Shown one piece after another: positions 50,528-64,000 of a stretch of DNA of 64,000 nucleotides; position 1 is the first letter of the stretch, and each line of letters opens with the position of its first letter. The notes under the pieces were generated by a model. The model worked only from the letters and a program-made list of their open reading frames with translations. It made no database searches and was not told the DNA's origin. The DNA comes from Flaccisagitta enflata (lineage: Eukaryota), in the NCBI GenBank assembly GCA_965153355.1, contig OZ231126.1, positions 35,650,001 through 35,714,000 on the forward strand, written 5' to 3'. Both the position numbers and the translations under genes were made by a program.

Positions 50528-51350
50528 ATTTGCTGCCTCTGTTATGAGATGAATTTTCACTCAAAGCATTGAAACTCGGCTTTTTTCTAGGGGTATGTTT
50601 CTTCAGTAATAGCAATACACAATTTGTTTATTTATAAAAATCAAGACGACGAAATTGAAATGTTCAACTGAAAGGAAATCTTTGAAATCGAGGTCGACGA
50701 AAAATTATATTATAGATCTTTGAAATTGGAAACAAGTTTTTTGTCATAGAGGCAAGTTGCTTCTACGGGAAAACGACAATGTCGGTCAGTCGATCCGTCT
50801 CAGAAATCATCATCAGGACAGAGCACCATAGCTGTCCACTCCCAACGGTCGCTTATACACAACTCTATACGGTCAGTTGATCAGTTGGTCGGTCGGTCAA
50901 GAAGTTATAATGTTTAAGTAAGAAGTGAAAAAAGAAATTTTTCTGAGAATGGGAATCAAAATGTTTGGGAATTCCTGTATTCCACAAAGCATCAATATGT
51001 AACGAGTTGTCATAGCTTCCGTCCTATACTCCAAATTTTTGTCTCGTCATCATTGATGTGTAATGATTAACAGGCAAAAAAGAAGAAAAAAAAACCTGTA
51101 TGACTCAAGTCATGAAAGATTTTAGCTCGTCATCTCGGCGATTGATGTTTCTTTTTAGTTCTTGTAAAAGGTGCTAAAATTCTTCTTTTAGCATGCACGC
51201 AAAAATACCGATCCAATTACACCACGCACAAAACCACCAAAGGAGGCAATCTTGTATTCATGAGAGAGAAACAGTTTAAGGGATCAACTGTAATGGGAAT
51301 CTGCTTTAAATAGTACCACATAATCGGTCCCTTACTGTCATTTCCTTATA

Positions 51351-52042
51351 CCGGGTCATCAATCTGGACTGGGAAAAAGTGTTAAGCTTTTCCTCGTAGC
51401 CGCTTCTTCTCACTGGTATAATAGAGTAATTTACGTATCCAGCTTTATGCGTGTTACAACTGTCACTGAACCGCGATCAAAGGCTAATGTAACAATTTCC
51501 CTTTAATACTGGTCAGGAACTTGATTTCTTTTATAGTAATATGTTTGACGCTTTTTCTGTCAAAATTTCATTGGTCTTACTGAAATACTTTGTCCACAAC
51601 ATCAATTTAAAGAAAAACAAGCATTATCGGGTATAGCTCAATTTAGCCTTAGTTTATCAAAACTGTTTTTCTTTGATTTGCTCTTTTACCTCACTGGATT
51701 GAGCAGCAAATATCAGATTTGTTTCAGTTGAAGATATCTTTATAAATCATAAAAAATATCTTTAATTTGAGACTATCCTAGCATTTGTAGCTCTAACTGA
51801 ACAAAAATGAAGGAAAACAGTTTTGAGGAAAAAGGGATATATATTGAGCTTCAGCCACAATTACTTGTTTTACTTCAAATTGATGTTGTGGACGAAATAA
51901 TTGAGACACACCAATAAAATTTTGACACAAAAACGTTAAACATAGTACTATATACGAAAATCAATTCCAGATCATTGAAGAGAAGCATCTGAGAGTAAAA
52001 GCTTAACTTAATACTTTTCCCCAATCGAGATTGATGACCCTG
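51351..52042. mobile_element. Tc1/mariner-type palindromic MITE
   Basis: TA|CCGGGTCATCAATCT ... AGATTGATGACCCTG|TA, with the internal halves also inverted. Confidence 0.7.
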
Positions 52043-52139
52043 TAGTTTTTTATAGCTTTATTGGCGCTGATGGAAAAAAAAACTTATCAGCTTCTTTGAA
52101 TCTCATGATATAGGCTATTTTGCAGCCGCCTTATTCTAC

Positions 52140-52865
52140 GCTGTTCTGGCCCCGTTCATAAAAGGCCTGCAGACGTTGTTTGATGCGTGCGCTGCTAATT
52201 GCGGTGAATGGGACATCAGACTCGACGCGAGAAAGTCCAAACATTTGGTGTTTGGATCGCGTTCAGCTCCATCACATTGTGTCAAAATCAATGGCGACAT
52301 CATACCGTGGCAGCCATCTTGCGTCTATCTCGGCATCACTGCACCCTCAAATTCGGCCCTATTTTCAATTGCTGCGTCTCTTCGAAAGTTCGAAAGTTCG
52401 AAAGTTCTATCGCTCCCTAAATTCTATTCTGAGGATAGAGGGGCGTTCTGACGATATGGTGATGCTCCGTCTTTTGGAAGCACATTGCCTTCCAGTCCTC
52501 GCCTACGGAATTGAAGTGGTCACAGTCGCAGATCGGGATGAAAAACGACACATGGGAGTGGCTTACAACGCCGTCTACCGTAAAATGTTCGGTTTCAGTT
52601 ACCGAGAAAGCGTAACTTTGCTGCAACATACTCTCGGGCGTAAGACATGGGAAGAATATGTCGAAGAAAAGAAAAAACTTTCACTGCCCGTCATCTTAAA
52701 TGTTATCGACATTCCACTGTTTATGCCTTATTATGAACCGCGTTATCTAATATTTAACTGGTCATTCCTACGTTGTGAATAATTGATATTGTTTGGTCAG
52801 TGAATTTGAATTTGCTTAGCCTTTAGTCTGTTTACTACATGTTTACATGTGAATAAACATCATAT
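52140..52865 (+). pseudogene. 5'-truncated, frameshifted non-LTR retrotransposon (RT C-terminal half and 3' UTR)
   Basis: AVLAPFIKGLQTLFDAC..WDIRLDARKSKHLVFG..YLG, then in another frame RKFYRSLNSI..HCLPVLAYGIEV..VAYNAVYRKMFG..ESV. The frameshift is near tandem (CGAAAGTT)x3. Ends GTGAATAAAC. Clade not assigned. Confidence 0.8.
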
Positions 52866-52921
52866 AAAGAGACGTACCCATGCGATCACCCATCGATGTG
52901 TCTTTAAACTCGAGGTGAATC

Positions 52922-53008
<87 letters not shown>

Positions 53009-54084
53009 CGTTGTCGTTGTTGTTCAGAATACGACATATAACTGACTGGCTTCTTTTGATGTTCATATCCACGAACGGCTCGCGGCTTTGCTATCTTTCT
53101 CTATTTCCGAATTTATCTAAAATATTTGTGCAGCTAATGCAAAACACAACCCATCTATAAAATACATTTATTCGGCTTCATGCAGGAAAAAATCCAGTGA
53201 AAACATATCATAATGACATCATAAATATGATTGACGTGGGAAAACTATTTTTTACTTGCTTTATTGCAGGCAACAAAACATTTTCGACATTTCTCACTTG
53301 TATTGAACTGTCATACATCGCTGGTATCCCGCTTAACGTGTTTCAGTATCAGATTAGTATTTTGCATGTTTCAATCTAAAATCCTAAATAAACATCGGTA
53401 ATCAGTTATTTTGCGGCTATCTTTATAGGCCTGAAGCGCGCATGCACGGCAACTGCAACTGCACCATCAGTGACCCAACGGCATGATGACAGTTTGGAAA
53501 AAATGAATGTATATATAAAGGTAATTTATTACTTTGGAAAAGATAAGCATGATATCATTCACAGATTATCACAGATAGGAATGGTACATTACATTTCCCT
53601 CATCAACATAACTAAGGCTAGGGCAAAACCTTGCTGTTGAGCGCCATAGGAAAAAAGCATAGTTTTTACTGTATCAACCATGCCCCCAGATAAAAGTCAT
53701 GTAATAACGGATTAACCATTGCTGCCTCACTGCTGGCAAAGTTTTCGACATTTCTTGACAATTCGTGACTTGAAGGCGTCATAAGATCAGGTTTTCGATG
53801 CGAAAGTTCTCCCGTGTTGCATCTCGAGCGCGTTCTGCGATCCTCTAGCTTGCCTCACTTGCTGCTGCAGTTCGAGAGCTTCAGCAAGTTGCTGTTGGGC
53901 GTCGAGAAGATGCTGATGAGCGTCCAGCGTCTGTGCGCAAATAATTGACAATAAATGTCAGAAGATTGAAATCCGATTTAATGAAAAATAGATAGGCAAT
54001 GATACTACGATATAAACCTCCCAAAGAGATCAGCGTTTTAAAACAAAAATCTAAAAAGAGTATGGGTCCGCGACTAGGGTCTAT

Positions 54085-54895
54085 CGGCGTTGTCAAACGG
54101 CGCTGTCAAACGGCGCTGTCAAACGGCGCTGTCAAACGGCGTTGTCAAACGGCGTTGTCTAACGGCGTTGTCTAACGGCGTTGTCTAATGGCGTTGTCTA
54201 ATGGCGTTGTCTAACGGCGTTGTCTAACGGCGTTGTCTAACGGCGTTGTCTAACGGCGTTGTCTAACGGCGTTGTCTAACGGCGTTGTCTAACGGCGTTG
54301 TCTAACGGCGTTGTCTAACGGCGTTGTCTTACGGCGTTGTCTTACGGCGTTGTCTAACGGCGTTGTCTAACGGCGTTGTCTAACGGCGTTGTCTAACGGC
54401 GTTGTCTAACGGCGTTGTCAAACGGCGTTGTCAAACGGCGTTGTCAAACGGCGTTGTCAAACGGCGTTGTCAAACGGCGTTGTCAAACGGCGTTGTCAAA
54501 CGGCGTTGTCAAACGGCGTTGTCAAACGGCGTTGTCAAACGCGTTGTCAAGCGGCGTTGTCAAGCGGCGTTGTCAACGCGTTGTCAAGCGGCGTTGTCTA
54601 GCAGCGTTGTCTAACGGCGTTGTCTAACGGCGTTGTCTTGCGTTGTCTGCGGCGTTGTCTAACAGCGTTGTCAAGCGGCGTTGTCAAACGGCGTTGTCAA
54701 ACGGCGTTGTCAAACGGCGTTGTCAAACGGCGTTGTCAAACGGCGTTGTCAAACGGCGTTGTCAAACGGCGTTGTCAAACGGCGTTGTCAAACGACGCTG
54801 TCAAACAACGCTGTCAAACGACGCTGTCAAACGACGCTGTCAAACGACGCTGTCAAAGGGCATTGTCAAATGGCATTGTCAAATGGTATTGTCAA
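54085..54895. repeat. 13-bp satellite (GGCGTTGTCWAAC)n
   Basis: Direct reading. Confidence 0.95.
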
Positions 54896-54904
54896 GCGCT
54901 GACA

Positions 54905-55950
54905 AAGTTTCAACCAAATCATTTAAAAAATACCAAAGCTTTGCCAATTTTTCACTTTTAGATGGTAGGCTGTTTAGGTGGTAGGCCAGTTTGGCGGTTT
55001 TGCATGCTAAAATCTTCTAGAATCACAAACATATGTTTAGTCCTTCTGTTTAAAGACTTTATACCAAGTTTTGACCAAATTGATTGAAAAATGCTGAAGT
55101 TTTGCACGTTTTTCACTTTTAGGCTGGTAGGCTGGTTGGGTGGTAGGCCGGTTTGGTCAGTTAGCATGCTAAAATCTTTATGAATCAAATTCATATGTTG
55201 AGTCCTTCCATTTAGAGACTATATACTAAGTTTCAACCGAATCAGTTGAAAAATGCCAAAGTTATGCATGTTTCTCACTTTTAAGCTAGTAGGCTGGTTG
55301 GGTGGTAGGCCGGTTTGGCTGGTTAGCATGCTATAATCTTTACAAATCAAATACATATGTTGAGTCCTTCCATTTAGAGACTACATACCAAGTTTCAACC
55401 AAATCGGTTGAAAAATGCTGAAGTTATGCACGTTTTTCACTTTTTGGCTGGTAGGCCAGTTGGGTGGTAGGTCGGTTTGGCCGGTTAGTATGCTAAAATC
55501 TTTACAATTAAAATACATATGTTGAGTCCTTCCATTTAGAGACTACATACCAAGTTTTAACCAAATCCGTTGAAAAATGCCGAAGTTATGCACGTTTTTC
55601 ACTTTTTGGCTGGTAGGCTAGTTGGGTGGTAGGCCAGTATGGCCGGTTAGCATGCTATAATCTTTACAATTCAAATACATATGTTGAGTCCTTCCATTTA
55701 GAGACAACATACCAAGTTTTAACCAAATCCGTTGAAAAATGCCGAAGTTATGCACGTTTTTCACTTTTGGCTGGTAGGCTAGTTGGGTGGTAGGCCGGTT
55801 TGGCTGGTTAGCATGCTAAAATCTTTACAATTCAATTACATATGTTGAGTCCTTCCATTTAGAGACTACATACCAAGTTTCAACCAAATTGGTTGAAAAA
55901 TGCCAAAGTTATGCACGTTTTTCACTTTTAGGCTGGTAGGCTGGTTGGGC
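54905..55950. repeat. ~162-bp tandem repeat, about 6 copies
   Basis: AAGTTTCAACCAAATC marker at ~54905, 55066, 55228, 55390, 55552, 55714 and 55875. Confidence 0.9.
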
Positions 55951-56189
55951 CGGTTGGGTGGGTCGGATCATAACATACGCATAGGATGTAAAGCGGCTTA
56001 CCCTAGTACAACTTCCCTCTAAAAAGAAAGCGTCTCGCCTTCTTTCCCGACTTCGGCCAGCGGACAAGTGGCTTAACAATAGGCGAAAATGAGGACAAGT
56101 GGGTGGACAACGGAGAAGATTAGAGGGACAAGAAGCCCAAAACCGCCCCCCCCAAAAAAAATCCATCATTAACCAGCGATTTTTGATCA

Positions 56190-57765
56190 TCTCCCTGGTT
56201 GACCAGGGATTTTTGATTTTTCCCTGGTTAACCAGGGAATTATATATGATGCCCCAGTTGACTGGGAATAGCATTTTTCATTGGTTAACCAGGGATTTTT
56301 GCAAAATTCCCTGGTTAACCAGGGATTTTCACAAAATTCCCTGGTCAACCAGGGATTTTCGCAAACCAGGGATTTTTCTGTAATTCCCTGGTTAACCAGG
56401 GATTTCTCTAAAATTCCCTGGTTAACCAGGGATTTTTCAGAAATTCCCTGGTTAACCAGGGATTTTCGCAAAATTCCCTGGTTAACCAGGGATTTTTCAA
56501 AATTCCCTGGTTAACCAGGGATTTCTCTAAAATTCCCTGGTTAACCAGGGATTTTTCAGAAATTCCCTGGTTAACCAGGGATTTTTCAGAAATTCCCTGG
56601 TTAACCAGGGATTGTTCAAAAATTCCCTGGTTAACCAGGGATTTTTGCAAAATTCCCTGGTTAACCAGGGATTTTTCGCAAAATTCCCTGGTTAACCAGG
56701 GATTCTCGCAAAATTCCCTGGTTAACCAGGGATTTTTTCAAAATTCCCTGGTTAACCAGGGATTTTTGGAAAATTCCCTGGTTAACCAAGGATTTTTCCA
56801 AAATTCCCCGCTTAACCAGGGATTTTTCCGAAATTCCCTGGTTAACCAGGGATTTTTCCATAATTCACTTGTTAACCAGGGATTTTCGCAAAATTCCCCG
56901 GTTAACCAGGGATTATTCCTAAACTCCTCACTTAACAAGGATTTTTCCGAAATTCCCCGGTTAACCAGGGATTTTTCCGAAATTCCCCGGTTAACCACGG
57001 ATTTTTCCGAAATTCCCTGGTTAACCAGGGATTTTTCCATAATTCACTTGTTAACCAGGGATTTTTGCAAAATTCCCCGGTTAACCAGGGATTTTTCCAA
57101 AATTCCCTGGTTAACCAGGGATTTTTGCAAAATTCCCTGGTTAACCAGGGATTTTACCATTATTCACTTGTTAACCAGGGATTTTCGCAAAATTTCTCGG
57201 TTAACCAGGGATTTTTGACTAATTCCCTGGTTAACCAGGGATTTTTCTAAAATTCCCTGGTTAACCAGGGATTTTTGAAAAATTCCTTGGTTAACCAGGG
57301 ATTTTTCCGAAATTCCCTGGTTAACCAGGGATTTTTCCAAAATTCCTTGGTTAACCAGGGATTTTTCAGAAATTCCCTGGTTAATCAGGGATTTTTCCGA
57401 AATTCCCTGGTTAACCAGGAATTTTTCAATAATTCCCTGGTTAACCAGGGATTTTTCAATAATTCCCTGGTTAACCAGGGATTTTCGCAAAATTCCCTGG
57501 TTAACCAAGGATTTTCTAAAATTCCCTGTTAACCAGGGATTTTTGAAAATTCCCTGGTTAACCAAGGATTTTTGAAAAAAAACCAGGGAAGAGGCCAAAA
57601 TTCCCTGGTTAACCAGGGATTTTTCCAAAAATTTTCACCAGAGGATTTCCAAAAATCCCTGGTTTCAGGAATTTTAAAAATTCCCTGGTTAACCAGGAAT
57701 TTTTCTTAAAACCAAATTCCACCAGGGATTTTAAACATAAATCCTTGGTTAACCAGGGAATTTTT
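56190..57765. repeat. 30-bp satellite with an 18-bp palindromic core TCCCTGGTTAACCAGGGA
   Basis: Direct reading. Confidence 0.95.
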
Positions 57766-57769
57766 GAAT

Positions 57770-59330
57770 TTATCCTTACATATCCATTTCTGACATATGA
57801 GGCTGCTGGGCTGCTGCTGGAACCAGGGATTTTTCCTTAAGAGACTTCAATGGATAAAAAACTTCTGCTTCTACACATATATGTAAGGACATATATATTA
57901 AAGGATGGTTGGGGCTATAAGGCAGGGGTTTAATAGGGGGATTTACGCCGCAGCAGCCACTGCAGAGCAGTGGTAAAAGCTAACAAATACATGATACTGA
58001 GAGTGAACAGTAGCAGCTCCTGCAGAGCAGCAACAGGTTAAACAAGGATTTCTCAATTAACCAGGGATTTTTCCAAAATTCCCTGGTTAACCAGGGATTT
58101 TCGCAAAATTCCCTGGTTAACCAAGGATTTTTCTTATGAAAGCAATTAGTTCGACTGTTAACCAGGGATTTTAAATTTTTTCCCTGGTTAACCAAGGAAT
58201 TAGGAGGAGGAAGGGGTGGAAGAGGAGGAGGAAGGCTCTGGTTAACCAGGGATTTTTCCTTAACAGCAGATTTTCAAGGAAAGGATATTCTGAAAAATCC
58301 CTGGTTAACCAGAAATTTTTCCTATGATACAGGTTTCCTGGTTAATAAGGGATTTTGCTTATGAAAACAAATAGCACAAGTAAATGTTTAAACAGAACCA
58401 GGGAATTTTTCCTTACAGATCCATTTCTGATATATGAGGCTGCTGGGCTGCTGCTGGAACCAGGGATTTTTCCTTAAGAGACTCCAATTGATAAAAAAAC
58501 TTCTGCTTCTATACATATATATAAGGACATATATATTAAAGGATGGTTGGGGCTATAAGGCAGGGGTTTAATAGGGGGATTTACGCCGCAGCAGCCACTG
58601 CAGAGCAGTGGTAAAAGCTAACAAATACATGATACTGAGAGTGAACAGTAGCAGCTCCTGCAGAGCAGCAACAGGTTAAACAAGGATTTCTCAATTAACC
58701 AGGGATTTTTCCAAAATTCCCTGGTTAACCAGGGATTTTCGCAAAATTCCCTGGTTAACCAAGGATTTTTCTTATGAAAGCAATTAGTTCGACTGTTAAC
58801 CAGGGATTTTAAATTTTTTCCCTGGTTAACCAAGGAATTAGAAGGAGGAGGAAGGGGTGGAAGAGGAGGAGGAAGGCTCTGGTTAACCAGGGATTTTTCC
58901 TTAACAGCAGATTTTCAAGGAAAGGATATTCTGAAAAATCCCTGGTTAACCAGAAATCTTTCCTATGATACAGGTTTCCTGGTTAATAAGGGATTTTGCT
59001 TATGAAAACAAATAGCACAAGTAAATGTTTAAACAGAACCAGGGAATTTTTCCTTACAGATCCATTTCTGATATATGAGGCTGCTGGGCTGCTGCTGGAA
59101 CCAGGGATTTTTCCTTAAGAGACTCCAATTGATAAAAAAACTTCTGCTTCTATACATATATATAAGGACATATATATCAAAGGATGGTTGGGGCTATAAG
59201 GCAGGGGTTTAATAGGGGGATTTACGCAGCAGCAGCAGCCACTGCAGAGCAGTGGTAAAAGCTAACAAATACATGATACTGAGAGTGAACAGTAGCAGTT
59301 CCTGCAGAGCAGCTACAGGATTTCTCAATT
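57770..59330. repeat. ~640-bp tandem repeat (~2.4 copies; a diverged copy at ~63430-64000)
   Basis: Identical ORFs at 57980 and 58618 (offset 638); GAGGCTGCTGGGCTGCTG marker repeated. Confidence 0.9.
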
Positions 59331-59429
59331 ATCCCTGGTTAACCAGGGATTATTCCATTTTTCCCTGGTTAACCAGGGATTATTCCACTTTTCTCTGGTT
59401 AACTAGGAATTGTCACTTTTCCTTGGTTG

Positions 59430-62400
59430 TCACTGGATTCCTTGTCTCTTCTGCCCAAGGCAGATTTGCCACTGGATTCCTTATCCCCTCTGCCTGAGGA
59501 AGGCTTGTCAATGGATTCTTTGTCCCTTCTGCCCAAGGAAGACTTGTCAGTGGTTACCTTGTCCCTTCCACCCAAGGCAGACTTGTTATTCAATTCCTAG
59601 CCACAGGATTTGTCACTGGATTCCTCTGAGGCAATGTTTTCAAATCATCATATGACAACTATTTACAATTTTTTTCCCTGACTTAACATTTGTTACCATC
59701 TCTTAACATCGTCACTTTTCATCATATGCTAGTCACATTGACATCATATAACAACTATTTACAATTTTTTTCCTTGACTTAACATTTTTTACCTTCTCTT
59801 AACATCGTCACTTTACATCATATGCTAGTCAGATGAAATTCTCTTCTCTGACTCTTTTATTTTTATGTAGGAAATATGGGGGCGCTTATTATTCTCGCGC
59901 TTATGAGTGTAGGGCGCTTATGTTTCTCGCGCTTACCATTCTGAAGCTTCTGTTTCTCGTGCTTCCACTGAGGCGCTTATTATTCTGGTACCCCTTAATT
60001 CCTTATCCCTTCTGACCAAGGCAGACTTTTCACAGGATTCCTTGACACTTCTGTTGAAGGTTAGCTTGTCACTTGATTCCTTGTCCCTTCTGCCGGCAAG
60101 ACATGCCACTGGATCTCTTGTCTCTTCTGCCCAAGGCAGACTTGCTACTGGATTCCTTGTCCCTTCTGCCAAAGGCAGACTTACAACTGGATTCCTTGTC
60201 CCCTAAGCCAAAGGCCACCAGATTCCTTGTCCCTTATGAAAAAGACAGATTTGTCACTGGATTCCTTGTCCCTTCTGAACAAGACAGATTTGCCACTGGA
60301 TTCCATGTCCCTTCCAAACAAGACAGATTTGCCACTGGATTCCTAGTCCCTTCTGCCCAAGGCAGACTGGTCACTGGATTCTTTGTTCCTTCTGCCTGAG
60401 ACAGACTAGTCAATGGATTCCTTGTCCCTCCTGACTGAGGCAGACTTGTCCATGGATCCCTTGTCCCTCCTGACTGAGGCAGACTTGTCAATGGATTCCT
60501 TGTCCCTTCTGACTGAGGCAGACTTGTCAATAGATTCCTTGTCCATTCTGACTGAGGAAGACTTGTCAATGGATTCCTTGCCCCTGCTGACTGAGGCAGA
60601 CTTGTCAATGGATTCCTTGTTCCTGCTGACTGAGGCAGACTTGTCAATGGATTCCTTGTCCCTTCTGACTGACGCAGACTTGTCAATGGATTCCTTGTCC
60701 CTTCTGACTGAGGCAGACTTGTCAATGGATTCCTTGTCCCTTCCGACTGAGGCAGACTTTTCAATGGATTCTTTGTCCCTGCTGACTGACGCAGACTTGT
60801 CAATGGATTCCTTGTCCCTTCTGACTGAGGCAGACTTGTCAATGGATTCCTTGTCCATTCTGACTGAGGAAGACTTGTCAATGGATTCCTTGTCCCTGCT
60901 GACTGAGGCAGACTTGTCAATGGATTCCTTGTTCCTGCTGACTGAGGCAGACTTGTCAATGGATTCCTTGTCCCTTCTGACTGACGCAGACTTGTCAATG
61001 GATTCCTTGTCCCTTCTGACTGAGGCAGACTTGTCAATGGATTCCTTGTCCCTTCCGACTGAGGCAGACTTGTCAATGGATTCCTTGTCCCTTCCGACTG
61101 AGGCAGACTTTTCAATGGATTCTTTGTCCCTGCTGACTGAGGCAGACTTGTCAATGGATTCCTTGTCCCTTCTGACTGAGGCCGACTTGTCAATGGATTC
61201 CTTGTCCCTTCTGACTGAGGCAGACTTGTCAATGGATTCCTTGTCCCTTCTGACTGAGGCAGACTTGTCAATGGATTCCTTGTCCCTTCTGACTGAGGAA
61301 GACTTGTCAATGGATTCCTTGTCACTTCTGACTGAGGCAGACTTGTCAATGGATTCCTTGTCCCTTCTGACTGAGGCAGATTTGTCAATGGATTCCTTGT
61401 CCCTTCTGACTGAGGCAGACTTGTCAATGGATTCCTTGTCCCTTCTGACTGAGGCAGACTTGTCAATGGATTCCTTGTCCCTTCTGACTGAGGCAGACTT
61501 GTCAATGGATTCCTTGTCCCTTCTGACTGAGGCAGACTTGTCAATGGATTCCTTGTCCCTTCTGACTGAGGAAGACTTGTCAATGGATTCCTTGTCCCTT
61601 CTGACTGAGGCAGACTTGTCAATGGATTCCTTGTCCCTTCTGACTGAGGCAGACTTGTCAATGGATTCCTTGTCCCTTCTGACTGAGGCAGACTTGTCAA
61701 TGGATTCCTTGTCCCTTCTGACTGAGGCAGACTTGTCAATGGATTCCTTGTCCCTTCTGACTGAGGAAGACTTGTCAATGGATTCCTTGTCCCTTCTGAC
61801 TGAGGAAGACTTGTCAATGGATTCCTTGTCCCTTCTGACTGAGGCAGACTTGTCAATGGATTCCTTGTCCCTTCTGACTGAGGCAGACTTGCCACTGGAT
61901 TCCTTGTTCCTTCTGCCCAAGGCAGACTTGCCACTGGATTTTTTGTCCCTTGTGCCCAAGGCAGGCTGGCTACTGGATTCCTTGTCCCTTCTACCCAAGG
62001 CAGACTTGCCACTGGATTCCTTGTCCCTTCTGCCCAAGGCAGACGTACCACTGGATTCCTTGTCTCTTCTGTACAAGGCAGACTTGCCACTGGATTCTTA
62101 TCCCTTCTGCCTGAGGTAGGCTTGTCAATGGATTCTTCGTCCCTGCAGCCCAAGGAAGACTTGTCAGTGGTTACCTTGTCCCTTCCACCCAAAGCAGACT
62201 TGTTATTCAATTCCTAGCCACTTGATTCATCACTGGATTCCTTTCCACTTAATTCCTTATCCCTTCTGACCAAGGCAGACTTTTCACTGGATTCCTTGAC
62301 GCTTCTGTCGAAGCTAAGCTTGTCACTTGATTCCTTGTCCCTTCTGCCAGCAAGACTTGCCACTGGATCTTTTGTCTCTTCTACCCAAGGCAGACTTGCC

Positions 62401-62500
62401 ACTGGATTCCTTGTCCCTTCTGCCCAAGGCAGACATGCCACGAGATTCCTTGTCCCTTCTGAAAAACACAGATTTGTCACTGGCTTCCTTGTCCCTCCTG
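59430..62500. repeat. 39-bp minisatellite (GCAGACTTGTCAATGGATTCCTTGTCCCTTCTGACTGAG)n, homogeneous core ~60400-61890
   Basis: Direct reading; degenerate copies flank the core. Confidence 0.95.
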
Positions 62501-64000
62501 CCCAAGGTGGTTTTGTCACTGTACTTCTTGTCCCCTCCTCTCATAGCAGTCTTGTTCCTAGAATCATTGTCCAAATTTAGTTGATTTCTTGTCCCATTGA
62601 CCCAAGGTAGACTAGACCGCGGGATTTTGTGTCCCCTATACATGAACTAACAGTACACTGGTTATCTTTGCTTAATTTTTCCTTGGAAAGTCCAATACAT
62701 CATACTCAGCTAACTATAGCAAGATTTTTCATTTGATTCCTTTTCTCCTTTACCCTAGGCAATGTTATCAACAGACTCTCTTGACTCACCAGAACCTTTG
62801 TCACCTTTATCAAAGGCAGACTTATTGGATTTCTTCTCCCCCTCACCAAAGGCTGAATCTGAAGGATAGTTAGATAATGATCGTACCTAATTTCTTTAGC
62901 AGACTTGTCACAGTATTTCTCTTTTCCTTCTCTCACTTCAGACTTCATCTGGATTCATTGTCCAAACTTGGTGACTTTCTTGCTCCTTTCACCTTGGGAA
63001 GACTTGATCACTGGATTCTTCATCCCCATCCATAAATGAACAGTAAATAGTGGTCCTTTTTTACCACGGTAATCATTCTTTACATCACATCTACCTAACC
63101 ATAGCCAACTTGTCCTTTTCTCCATTACACAAGGATGTTATCACTAGAGTTTTCTCTTTCCCCAAGCTAGACTTATCACTGGAATCCTAGTACCCTTTTA
63201 CCAAAGGCAGGATTGGTGCTAGATTTGGAAGCCTCATTGGACATCTTGTCCTTTATACCCAAGGCACGTTTGTCAATGTTTTCATTACCCCAGGCTGACT
63301 TGTCCATTGCTTTGTCATGAATGATCAGATCACTATGCATCTTGTCCTCTCATACCAAGGAATGTATTCATCACATCACACCAGCCTATCCATAGCAGAC
63401 TTGTCATTAGCTTCTTTTTCCCCTTTACACAGCAGCCACTGCAGGGCAGTGGTAAAAGATAATAGATACATGATACTGGCACTGAGCAGTAACAGTTCCT
63501 ACAGAGCAGTTATAAGTTAAACGGATTTCTTGATTCTCTTTGGTTAACCAGGGATTTTTCAAACATTCCCTGGTTAACCAGGGATTTTTCCAAAATTCCC
63601 TGGTTTACCAGGGATTTTTCCTATGAAAGCAAGTAGCCTGACTGTTAACCGGGGATTTTTTATTTTTTCTCTGGTTAACCACAAAATTTCAAGAAGGGGT
63701 GGAGGAGGAAGAGGGAAGGAGGAAAGGAAGTTTCCCTGGTTGATTAAGGTTTTTTTCTTTACAACAAATTTTCAAATTAATGATATACCCTGAAAAATCC
63801 CTGGTTAACCAGGAATTTTTCCTATGATACCATTTCCCTGGTTAATCGGGGATTCTTCTTATGAAGGAAAATAGTGTAAGGAATGCATAATTGAAATTGA
63901 AACAGAACCAGGGAATTTTCCTTTATAGATCCATTTCTGACATATAAGGCTGCTGGGCTGCTGTTGGAACCAGGGATTTTTCCCTAAGAGACATAAATTC

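Noticed and set aside
49949-50560. 203-aa ORF with KLNKDKAP repeats
   Set aside because: It crosses microsatellite intron sequence and is an alternative frame of the real exon.
55965-56010. Possible Helitron 3' end (CTAG-T) after the 162-bp array
   Set aside because: The upstream hairpin is weak and no matching 5' end could be defined.
56190-57765. Palindromic repeats resembling CRISPR
   Set aside because: The variable part is only a few nucleotides, so this is a satellite.
60234-62210. Long ORFs of 556-658 aa on both strands
   Set aside because: They arise from a 39-bp (multiple of three) minisatellite open in three frames at once, with no unique domain or splice evidence. Coding cannot be fully excluded.

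Overview
AT-rich, repeat- and microsatellite-dense eukaryotic (probably invertebrate animal) genomic DNA. Most short ORFs in the track are repeat artefacts. Four spliced host genes can be rebuilt by hand with consistent intron phases: a SUEL-lectin/Ig/Ig single-pass receptor (+, 13946-27281), a disordered protein with a C-terminal membrane anchor (-, 32947-37829), and a tandem pair (-, 47681-49286 and 49842-50527). The pair shares a C-terminal two-repeat domain with RHIM-like VQIG/IQIG motifs, and one member carries a permuted-papain (NCQHF) domain. The main discovery is a young, 5'-truncated Naiad-type Penelope-like retroelement (-, 9625-13024; GIY-YIG remnant, CxC linker, RT) inserted in a foldback element. 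Its 3' region holds six hairpins with an invariant 18-nt cap, a 9-bp repeat complementary to that cap, and a complete circularly permuted (P5-type) twister ribozyme whose P1 is reduced to a palindromic GGCC. The rest is MITEs, Helentron/DINE-like elements, a Transib-like element, a LINE remnant and about 10 kb of compound satellite. All calls are by eye; no searches were run.
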